From the NCBI GenBank assembly GCA_964416445.1, contig CAYQEE010000002.1, forward strand, positions 42,691 through 106,690: a stretch of 64,000 nucleotides of DNA, given 5' to 3'. Positions 1-8,907 of this stretch are shown in pieces. Every line of letters starts with the position of its first letter. The first letter of the stretch is position 1. The notes under the pieces were generated by a model. That model did no database searches. It worked only from the letters and a program-made list of their open reading frames with translations, and was not told the DNA's origin. A program made the translations under genes and the position numbers. This DNA is from an uncultured Gammaproteobacteria bacterium (GTDB lineage Bacteria > Patescibacteriota > Microgenomatia > Levybacterales > UBA12049).

Positions 1-2
1 AA

Positions 3-170
3 CAATTTTCTAATCTGAGCACGCTTAAAATTCCGCAAGTTATCATGCAGGGTTTAAACCAAGGAATTTCTAAGAAATCTGAAGTAACCTATAAATTAAA
101 TATCTCAGCAACTCAGCCTGCAGGTCAGTATTCAAATTTGATTGAATACATTGCTATTCCAAACTTTTAA
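3..170 (+). CDS. 3' end of a WxL-like/surface protein gene (partial, starts before the window)
   Basis: Open frame from the window edge to TAA at 168-170, translating ...KLNISATQPAGQYSNLIEYIAIPNF*, similar to the AG-x-Y terminal strand of WxL-like surface proteins; 2 nt upstream of a DUF916-like gene. Confidence 0.6.
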   Translation, partial: QFSNLSTLKIPQVIMQGLNQGISKKSEVTYKLNISATQPAGQYSNLIEYIAIPNF

Positions 171-172
171 AT

Positions 173-1093
173 ATGAAAAGAAATTTAATTATCGTTAGCT
201 TTGTTTTTATAATAACTCTATTATTTACCTCAAAAGTATACGCTCAACAGGTTTCACTAGGTATTTATCCACCTATTTTCCAAATAACCGTTAATCCTCC
301 TGAAAATATAAAAGTACCATTTACTATAAAAAATTATTCTGAAACTCCTGTTATTTTAGAAATTACTATTAAACCATTCAGACCTTCAAATAAAAATGAT
401 GGAGAAATTACCTATAATAATAAAGAACGTATTTTACAAACAGTACAAATTCTTCAAGATAATCATCCTATTGACCAAATAATTCTTGGGCCTCAAGAAG
501 AAAAAACTCTTTTATTAAATTTAGATATCTCCAAGGACGAACCAGAATTTGATCATTACTTCTCAGTTTTATTTATATCTAAAGATAACTTAAATAATCT
601 TAATACATCACAAATAACAACCGCAGGTATAGCAAGCAACGTTTTAGTTTCTATTGGAAAAAATTCTAAACCAGAAGGATTTTTATCCGAGTTCACTTCT
701 CCATTCTTATTAGCCAAAGGACCAGTACCTTTTCAAGTATTAGTGCAAAATACTGGAAAACATTATATTAAACCTAATGGATCAATTGTAATACGAAATA
801 TGTTTGGCCAAGTAGTTGGAAATATTAAATTATTACCTGTAAATATTCTTTCAAATTCAAGTAGGTACTTACCAGATTCAAGCTTGAGCTCAATAATATA
901 TGCAACCTGGCCTGAGAAGTTTATACTTGGCCCTTATACAGCAGAATTAACAATTGCTTTATCCCCAGACGGACCTTTATTTAAAAAAACTATTAACTTT
1001 ATTGGTCTACCTACTTCAATATTAATTAGTCTAATAATTACATGTTTATTACTGGCACTAATTGTATATCGAGTAAAAAGAAAACTTAAATAA
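173..1093 (+). CDS. Secreted, C-terminally membrane-anchored Ig-like protein (DUF916/WxL-interacting-like)
   Basis: Signal peptide ending VYA-Q, two beta-rich domains (IYPP, NTGKHYIKPNG, GPYTAEL), C-terminal hydrophobic helix and basic tail. Confidence 0.65.
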   Translation: MKRNLIIVSFVFIITLLFTSKVYAQQVSLGIYPPIFQITVNPPENIKVPFTIKNYSETPVILEITIKPFRPSNKNDGEITYNNKERILQTVQILQDNHPIDQIILGPQEEKTLLLNLDISKDEPEFDHYFSVLFISKDNLNNLNTSQITTAGIASNVLVSIGKNSKPEGFLSEFTSPFLLAKGPVPFQVLVQNTGKHYIKPNGSIVIRNMFGQVVGNIKLLPVNILSNSSRYLPDSSLSSIIYATWPEKFILGPYTAELTIALSPDGPLFKKTINFIGLPTSILISLIITCLLLALIVYRVKRKLK

Positions 1094-2030
1094 CTGTCAA
1101 TTTCTATATTCGTCAAATAATAATATTTAAATCTAAAACATATACAAGCTATCTTAAAAATAGTAAACTTTAATGTAAATATCATTTATATTGTTAATAA
1201 CCGTTCAATGATTTATCAACAATAGTTTTATTTCTTCAGACAATAAGGGTCTAGTTTAGTATATTTTAATTAAATGAAAAATTATAACATAGCATTCTTC
1301 CAATTAGTCTACTAGCAGACAATCACCATGCTTTGCTTATACTATTTTCAATTGCCTATTAAAAAAATCATAATTTAAGCATTACCTGCATTAAATGTAA
1401 AAGTAGTGAATAATGGAGAATTTAGAAATTATAGGTAACTACTTTCCTTCACTTTAATATCAATGAAGCTGAATAAAAAAGAAAAAAATAAGATAATCCT
1501 ATTAAGTAAAATGTTAAATCAATATAAAAACTAATTGCTATCAATTTCGAGTTTAAATACTATAAACAATACTTTTTCAATTATCCTATTGGCCTTAGAG
1601 ACTTTTAGACTATCAAAACAGTCTAAATGCTAATTATAAAATGACTATCACTAGCAACAAAACGCTGCTAATTGACTAGCCTATACTCCTTTTCACAAAT
1701 AAAACTCTTTATTTTTTTCACAAGTAATTTTAATAGTTAATCTTTTTTCTTATCGTTTAATAAGTTACTTTTTTTCAAAAAAAGTAGTTTTCAAAATATT
1801 TTCTTACAAATGATTGACACATAATAAAGGACATAAATAACAAGATATTCACAAGATACATTTTGTACTATTTTGAATATTATCAATTGTATATTTTTTG
1901 CGTATGTTCGGGAATATGTACGTATTTTGTTTCTATTTTCACGGATAAAATCGTTCACGGCTTACCTTATAAATATATCAATAGGTATACAAAGATATCA
2001 TCTATTTGCAAAAACTTAAACTCTGGGATA

Positions 2031-2059
2031 TTGACAAGAGGATGTATACTATTTACTCT
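2031..2059 (+). promoter_or_regulatory. sigma70-like promoter upstream of the 2231-aa gene
   Basis: TTGACA (2031-2036), 17-nt spacer, TACTCT (2054-2059). Confidence 0.45.
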
Positions 2060-2157
2060 TATTATTAGTAGTATGTATGAAATTAGTAAGTAAAATAAAA
2101 AGTATAATCCGTATAATGTGAGGCTAATTTCTATTTTCACAATTTTCATTACTTCTT

Positions 2158-5100
2158 ATGTCAATACTAGAATCATTTAAAAATTATTTATTTTCACAAA
2201 AGAATTCAGCTTCTCTACTTACCGTTAAAAACTATTTAGCAGATGTAAGAAAATTCATTCTATGGATCGAAAGAAAATATCAAGCTTCGTTTGACCCAAA
2301 AATCATAAATGCAGAGCTATTAAACGAATATAGGGAATATTTATCTAAAAAGTTTCTATCTTCATCTGTAGAAAGACAGTTCTCTGCATTACGAAAGTTC
2401 ATTCATTATTTAACGACTACTGGTCAATTAGTTGAAAATCCATTTGAACATATTGAACAAGTTGCCCAAGCATCGCAAGATTTATGGTATTTAAAATCAT
2501 TTAGGGCCTATCTATCAAACTACAACAATTCAAAACTAACTATAAAGAACTATATAATAGATATTAAACAATTTCTTTTATGGAGCCAGGATATATTTGG
2601 CATTACAGTTGGTGATCATAAAAAAGAATTAAACAAATTAATTACACTCGAGCTCATTGAAGATTATAAACAAAAATTATTAACTGAAAAAATATATTCG
2701 ACGTCATCGGTAAACCGTAAACTATCATCCTTACGTAAATATTTTCTATGGCTAAATCATGAGAATTTAATTAACAATAATATTTCTAGAGATAATATAA
2801 CTCAAACTAATTCTAATATAGGGTCTTCATTAAGAAAAGAATTTAATATTGAAGCTATCCTTGGAAATTCTTCAGAAAGCATTGTGGCTGAGAAGCTAGA
2901 AGATAAAGAACAACTTGTAGGCGTACAAACATATTCAAAGTTTCCCCCAATAAGATTATTACAAAAAACAGTTAAAATAATTAGTTACATACTCGATAAA
3001 TTTATTATCACTCCCATTGTTCAAGTAACAATTTTGAGCCTATTTTATTCTAAACTGGCTAAGAAGAGACCGGTTTTCTCAAAAACTACAAATATACTTG
3101 CAAATAATCACACAAATTCAACTTTTTATTCATATTCTCCTTCCCTATTAACAGAATCATCTAATGAAAAACTTCGCTTCAAAATAAGTAATTATTTTTT
3201 TAATATAGGATTATCAATATCTTATAAAATCAAAAGATATCAAAATAAGTTAATTTTTAAATATTTTAACTTTATTGCATTAACTATTTTATGCACAATA
3301 ACAATTGTATCACTCTATATTACATTTTTTCGCAATAGCACTGGTTCATTAGCAACAAATTTAGCTGCGCCACCCAGGGTCTTATCATTTCAAGGACGTC
3401 TCACTGACTCCTCAAATAATCCAATTACCGCAGCGACTGATCTGCGGTTCAGTATATATAATGATCCTTCAGCTTCAAGTGCACCAGGAGAAGGATCATT
3501 AATTTGGCAAGAAGCGGATTACAATGTAGTTCCTGATTCAAATGGAATTTTCACTGTGTTGCTTGGTAGAAACGAAACGATACCCCAAAGTATCTTTTTT
3601 CAAAACACTTCACTTTACTTAGGAGTATCTATTGCAAATACAAAGGAACTTAAACCTAGACAACAATTAGCTACAGTATCTTATGCTAAAAATACTGAAG
3701 AGCTCCAAGGTATGACAACTATCACTGATCCTTCAGTTTTAAACAATCAAAATGTCATTTTAGCACTAAATAGTAATGGAGTATTAAGCATTCCCGGTAA
3801 TTCGAATACAACGTTTCAGTCACCTAATGGAGAATTTACACTAACTGGAAAAACTTTAACGCTTAGTACTGCACCAGGTACAGATACAAATATTCAATTG
3901 GCACCAGATGGGATAGGAGTGATAGATATTCAAAAGCCAATAACGAATTCAACCCTAAATAGTAATATTAGATCAGCCGATGGATCATATACTTCAGCTG
4001 GTGCTGTTGAAATTGATAAGATGCTTGGTATTCTCGCTACATCTAGTGGTCAATCAGCATTTACGATTGATCAAGAAGGACTTGGACCGGTTATAAGTGC
4101 ATCTCATAGCGGTGTCGGTATCTTCACCGTTGATACCACTGGAAATGTATCTGCAACAGGAAATATAACAGGTAATACACTTTTTACAGGAAATGGCAGT
4201 TCCTACTATATTTCTGCTAGCACTTCAAACTTGAATGGCTTAACTCTTTCTGGTAACTTAAATCTCTTGGGAAATATTACATCTAATATTACTCCCTCTG
4301 CTAGTGGCGTTTATAACTTGGGCTCTCCTACTCAATATTTTGGTACGCTTTATGCTCAAAATATTATTACGAATGCTATTAGCGGACAAAATGGGTTTTG
4401 GGAAATTAACCAAGGAGTAATCAGTCCTAGTAATTCTTCTAATGATTTTACTATTGGTGGAAATGCTACCGGATCAGCATTTCAAGTTTTTGCAAATGCC
4501 ACTGATAATGGTCCTGCCGGAACAGCCTCAACAACAGGAAACCTCGTATTTGCAGGTAATTCCCCCACTATTCAAAGTATTTCCAATAATTCTCTAACTA
4601 TCGGGGGAACAACTACGGGTAATATTATTTTATCTCCTGGAAATGGTAGCGGTTCAGTAGCTCTTACAGGTAGTTCTTCATTTATGACCGGCACAGGACT
4701 AACAACAATTGGTGGCAACTTAGTAATAAATGGCGTTTCCAACGGACCGAGCACTCTAATTCATAATCCAAACACAAATTCTAATACAATGTATGAGATA
4801 CTCCAATTAACAACAAACAATCAAGGTGTTGGGGCAGGTGGATATATACAATTTAAGGATTTAACAAATACCGACATTGCCAAAATTGGATTTAGCGATA
4901 GCAGCAATAGCGGTGGATCTCTGGTTTTTTACACTAAACCTGCAAATGGAAATGCTTTAAGTCACTCAATTGAACAAGCTAGAATAGATCCAAATGGCAA
5001 CCTTGGGTTAGGAACTATTTCACCTCTTGCAACTTTAGATATTCGAGGGAATTCAAATACTTCTCCTATTGCTTCTTTATCAGGTACTACTAATTTTGCT

Positions 5101-8100
5101 GGTTTAGTAGTAGATCAATCGGGATCAGGAGATATTATTGCTGCTTCCCAGTCAGGGTTAGCTCGTTTTACTGTATCGAATAATGGAACTATTCAGGATA
5201 GTAAATATACAATCCCAGGAGGAATAGTATATAGTACTTCTACTGGATTACTACAACAAACCACATCAGGAAATATCGGCGACTGTCTAAAGTCAAATGG
5301 AACCGGAGTTCCATCGTGGGGACCATGTGGTAATTCAGCTTGGCAACTAAACGGAAATCTTATTTCTCCTACTAACTCCAATTATGATTTAACTATTGGA
5401 GGTAGTGCTACCGGATCAGCATTTCAAGTTTTTGCAAACGCTAGCAAGAATCAGCCAGCAGGTACTGTTTCAACATCTGGTAACTTGATTTTTTCAAGCA
5501 GTTCTCCAACTATTCAAACAACCTCAGATAACATGCTTACGATAGGAGGCAACACCACAGGAGATATTAATCTAATTCCTTCTCATGGAAATGGGAGTAT
5601 CATATTAGGGAGTGGAGAGTCTGGAACTCCAAGTGCAATAACACTGCGTGGTGCAAATGCCGCAGGTTCAAACATACTAGGTGCAAATACAATCTTCGCT
5701 GCTTCGAATGGTACGGGTATGGCTGGTTCTGGAGAATTGATTTTCGAAACCGCACCAGGAGGACCAGCTCTTGATAATACTAGCGTCTCCACAAGTAATT
5801 CAAATGCTACCACTCTTACCTGGAATCATCTGGTGGGTTCTGAAAACAATATGATATTAGTTGTAGGTGTTGCGATTAATAGTAATAGTATCTCAACAGC
5901 TACCTTAACCCTCGATAATTCGACAAACTTTACGAATATAGGTAGCATAACAGCTTCAGGTACACGAAGCGAACTTTGGTATATTAAAAACCCAGGTTCA
6001 GGTAACCATACAATTGCACTAAAATTAACTGGAGCTGCACACATTACTGCTGGTGGAGCCTCGTATTATAATGTCAATCTACAAAATCCTATAGGAATAC
6101 TTAGTTCTCAATCAGGCACTAGCTCTAATGCTTTAATTACCAACACTCCTACGAATACCAACCAAGTAATTATTGATATGGTATCAACTCCAAATATAGG
6201 AGGAAATCCTTCACTGAATCAAGTAACTCTCTTTAATTCAAGTAGTTATACCGAAGGAGGAATGTCAGCAACAATAGGATCTCAAGGAAACACGCCTACT
6301 AGCTGGTCCTTTATTACGGCTACTCCATGGGCATATACTGCAGTTCCGATAAATGGGATATCCTCCGGAACATCTGATGCCTTAGCACAAAGAATGACAA
6401 TTGACCAAAAAGGTAATGTAGGTATAGGTACAATAAGTGCAGCAAGAACGTTAGATGTTAACGGAACTTGGGGTGGAAATACAGAAATTCGAGTAGATAC
6501 TATAGGGAGTGATCAAACGATTCAAGATAATGTAAAAGCAGTTGCTTACGATTTTGAGAATAATCAAGGTTCAGTAGATAAAGATGCTCGAATTACCTAT
6601 AATATTTTAGGTCTTCCTTCTACTGATGGTACATTCGCTTTTATTCATCTTGTTGCTGAAAAAGATACTACGTTAGCAAATCACCAAGATTGTATTGATG
6701 TAGAAGTTCAGAGTCAACTCGTTGAATCTGCAACTACAAATTCTGGTTGTACGTTAAACACAACAGCTTCATCATCAGCAGTTAAAGATTTTATGTTAAT
6801 TCGAACTAATGGAAACTGGCATACAGCTTCAGGAGAATCTACAAATAACTTAGCTGATTTAGCAGAATACTTTGATACAACAGGTAAATTACCTCAAGCT
6901 GGTGAACTGGTAAGTAGTGTTGATAATACACATGTATCAGAAACGCAAAGTGCATATGATTCAAAAGTAATGGGAATTGTATCAACAAATCCTAATACTA
7001 CTTATGGTGCATACTCCACTAGTTCAATTCCTTTGGCTCTTACAGGTCGAATACCTGCGATCGTCACGTCGGTAAATGGGAATATTTCAAATGGTGACTT
7101 CATTGTATCCTCCCCTTTTCCCGGAATAGGAATGAAACCCTCAAAAGAGTCCTATTCTGTAGGAAAAGCGTTAGAATCATTTACACCGACAGCCCAGACA
7201 TGTACAACTATTACATCTCTTAATAACATTCCATGGCCTGCTGATGATGGACTCAATGTTTCTAAACCTTGTTTTCAATTAAAAGTATCCTCACTAGATT
7301 TAGCTATGCAAATGATTCTTGCAATAGATTATAATCTCCAACCGACTGATACTATTTATATAGGAAAAATAATGGCTTTAGCGAATCTTTCTAATTATAA
7401 CCCTCAGATTGAATTAACTAGTACAAATAATTTCACATTAATATCACAAAATGCATCAAACATAAGCAACTATATAATTAAAGATTTTTCAGGAAAACTA
7501 GTACAGCAAGTTGCTGTGCTAAGTAACGCACTTATAGGGAATCTTAAAGCAGGCGCAATCATTAGTGAAGAACTTACAACCAATAAACTTACTATAGCTG
7601 GCCAGAGTCTAAAAGACTATATACTTGCAGTAGTTAATCAAGCAGGATTAGGATCGAATGGCACTCAAGTGATTTCACCTACTCTTCAGACAGGTGAAGT
7701 TCATACAAATATTATTTCTCCTCTCGGATCTACATCGATAGGTATCAAACTAGACAAGAATAAGATTTCAATTACTAATAACGCAAGTAATTCTGCCGTT
7801 GCGGTAATAGATAACCAAGGTAATGCTAGTTTCTCAGGAAAATTAAACTCAAATAATCTTGCAGTAAATTCTGATGCAACGATATCTGGAACGTTATATG
7901 CGCACCGAATAAAGGCTGATCAGATTGATGGACTCGCTCAAAATCTGAGCACAATTTCTGCACAAAACATAACGAATATCACAAATATTTACTATGCCAC
8001 CCCTACTCCAACGGTCCAACAGACATCCAGTGAAAGCGGAGCAATTTCTCTTAGCAATATTACAAATTCACTGCCAGATTCTCATGAAAACTATGAAAAA

Positions 8101-8853
8101 TTAAGTTCCTACTCAGCCTTCCTCTCTTATGTACCAAAATTAGAGGCTCTTACAGCACAATTTGATCAGGGTCTTATGTCTTTTGGACCCACTTCACTAT
8201 CAGATACCTCGATTACCGGCCAATTAGCAATCGGTGGGCAAATGATACTGAATGATAACGGGATAAATGTTCTAGGAACAGAATTAGCATTACAGCCATT
8301 ACGACAGGGTGGGCTGTCTCTTGAAGGCGGACAAATTAAAATAGATACCGATGGTAATATAAGCGTTAATGGAAAAGCAATATTTTATAATACACTTGCT
8401 ACAAATATACTTTCACCTATAGGAGGAAATGACTTAACAATTAAACTTGGTTCCGATACAAATGTCACTTCACAAAGTTCTTTCAAAGTAGAAAATGCAT
8501 CAAGTTCAGCAATATTTGGAATTAATCAACTTGGAGATATTTTCGCTTCAGGAGCTGCAAATATTAATAAACTGAATTTTAATGTTGTGGCACCTGCACT
8601 TGCAGTATCTGAAAACGAGGTAATTGCAACAAGTTCGGCTGGCACATCAAATATTTCGCCAAATCAACAACAAGTAACAATAGATGATTCTCTAGTTACA
8701 CAAAATTCTTTAATTTATATAACTCCAGTTGGAACCGTAAGCGCTATTGATGCACCATATTTACTGAGACAAGTTCCTCAAAAATCATTTAGTGTAGGAA
8801 TTTCACAACCTGTAGATGTTCCTATCCAATTTAATTGGCTTATTGTTAACTAA
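2158..8853 (+). CDS. 2231-aa membrane-anchored fibre/adhesin-like protein with two N-terminal integrase SAM-like (core-binding) domains
   Basis: aa 1-100 and ~108-202 each read F..YL....S.LT.KNY..D...F...SSV.R..S.LRK.F (XerC/D N-terminal pattern); no catalytic R/HxxR/Y domain; TM helix aa ~369-391; then SFQGRLTD, G/S/T/N-rich beta repeats, GN(L/V)G(L/I)GT motifs and ADLAEYF at aa ~1566. Confidence 0.85.
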   Translation: MSILESFKNYLFSQKNSASLLTVKNYLADVRKFILWIERKYQASFDPKIINAELLNEYREYLSKKFLSSSVERQFSALRKFIHYLTTTGQLVENPFEHIEQVAQASQDLWYLKSFRAYLSNYNNSKLTIKNYIIDIKQFLLWSQDIFGITVGDHKKELNKLITLELIEDYKQKLLTEKIYSTSSVNRKLSSLRKYFLWLNHENLINNNISRDNITQTNSNIGSSLRKEFNIEAILGNSSESIVAEKLEDKEQLVGVQTYSKFPPIRLLQKTVKIISYILDKFIITPIVQVTILSLFYSKLAKKRPVFSKTTNILANNHTNSTFYSYSPSLLTESSNEKLRFKISNYFFNIGLSISYKIKRYQNKLIFKYFNFIALTILCTITIVSLYITFFRNSTGSLATNLAAPPRVLSFQGRLTDSSNNPITAATDLRFSIYNDPSASSAPGEGSLIWQEADYNVVPDSNGIFTVLLGRNETIPQSIFFQNTSLYLGVSIANTKELKPRQQLATVSYAKNTEELQGMTTITDPSVLNNQNVILALNSNGVLSIPGNSNTTFQSPNGEFTLTGKTLTLSTAPGTDTNIQLAPDGIGVIDIQKPITNSTLNSNIRSADGSYTSAGAVEIDKMLGILATSSGQSAFTIDQEGLGPVISASHSGVGIFTVDTTGNVSATGNITGNTLFTGNGSSYYISASTSNLNGLTLSGNLNLLGNITSNITPSASGVYNLGSPTQYFGTLYAQNIITNAISGQNGFWEINQGVISPSNSSNDFTIGGNATGSAFQVFANATDNGPAGTASTTGNLVFAGNSPTIQSISNNSLTIGGTTTGNIILSPGNGSGSVALTGSSSFMTGTGLTTIGGNLVINGVSNGPSTLIHNPNTNSNTMYEILQLTTNNQGVGAGGYIQFKDLTNTDIAKIGFSDSSNSGGSLVFYTKPANGNALSHSIEQARIDPNGNLGLGTISPLATLDIRGNSNTSPIASLSGTTNFAGLVVDQSGSGDIIAASQSGLARFTVSNNGTIQDSKYTIPGGIVYSTSTGLLQQTTSGNIGDCLKSNGTGVPSWGPCGNSAWQLNGNLISPTNSNYDLTIGGSATGSAFQVFANASKNQPAGTVSTSGNLIFSSSSPTIQTTSDNMLTIGGNTTGDINLIPSHGNGSIILGSGESGTPSAITLRGANAAGSNILGANTIFAASNGTGMAGSGELIFETAPGGPALDNTSVSTSNSNATTLTWNHLVGSENNMILVVGVAINSNSISTATLTLDNSTNFTNIGSITASGTRSELWYIKNPGSGNHTIALKLTGAAHITAGGASYYNVNLQNPIGILSSQSGTSSNALITNTPTNTNQVIIDMVSTPNIGGNPSLNQVTLFNSSSYTEGGMSATIGSQGNTPTSWSFITATPWAYTAVPINGISSGTSDALAQRMTIDQKGNVGIGTISAARTLDVNGTWGGNTEIRVDTIGSDQTIQDNVKAVAYDFENNQGSVDKDARITYNILGLPSTDGTFAFIHLVAEKDTTLANHQDCIDVEVQSQLVESATTNSGCTLNTTASSSAVKDFMLIRTNGNWHTASGESTNNLADLAEYFDTTGKLPQAGELVSSVDNTHVSETQSAYDSKVMGIVSTNPNTTYGAYSTSSIPLALTGRIPAIVTSVNGNISNGDFIVSSPFPGIGMKPSKESYSVGKALESFTPTAQTCTTITSLNNIPWPADDGLNVSKPCFQLKVSSLDLAMQMILAIDYNLQPTDTIYIGKIMALANLSNYNPQIELTSTNNFTLISQNASNISNYIIKDFSGKLVQQVAVLSNALIGNLKAGAIISEELTTNKLTIAGQSLKDYILAVVNQAGLGSNGTQVISPTLQTGEVHTNIISPLGSTSIGIKLDKNKISITNNASNSAVAVIDNQGNASFSGKLNSNNLAVNSDATISGTLYAHRIKADQIDGLAQNLSTISAQNITNITNIYYATPTPTVQQTSSESGAISLSNITNSLPDSHENYEKLSSYSAFLSYVPKLEALTAQFDQGLMSFGPTSLSDTSITGQLAIGGQMILNDNGINVLGTELALQPLRQGGLSLEGGQIKIDTDGNISVNGKAIFYNTLATNILSPIGGNDLTIKLGSDTNVTSQSSFKVENASSSAIFGINQLGDIFASGAANINKLNFNVVAPALAVSENEVIATSSAGTSNISPNQQQVTIDDSLVTQNSLIYITPVGTVSAIDAPYLLRQVPQKSFSVGISQPVDVPIQFNWLIVN
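4390..5600 (+). repeat. Internal ~90-aa duplication in the giant gene (copies ~4390-4660 and ~5330-5600)
   Basis: W....ISP.NS..D.TIGG.ATGSAFQVFANA....PAGT.ST.GNL.F...SPTIQ occurs twice; 33 nt identical at 4464-4496 and 5406-5438. Confidence 0.9.
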
Positions 8854-8871
8854 CTTTTTTATATATTATCC

Positions 8872-8901
8872 TTGACATTATATAAATAGTTAGTTTAAAG
8901 T
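8872..8901 (+). promoter_or_regulatory. sigma70-like promoter giving a probably leaderless mRNA
   Basis: TTGACA (8872), 18-nt spacer, TAAAGT (8896-8901), ATG 6 nt later, no SD. Confidence 0.55.
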
Positions 8902-8907
8902 TAATAT

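Noticed and set aside
2158-2765. Active integrase marking a prophage or integrative element
   Set aside because: Only N-terminal binding-like domains are present; no catalytic domain, att-like repeats or phage genes nearby
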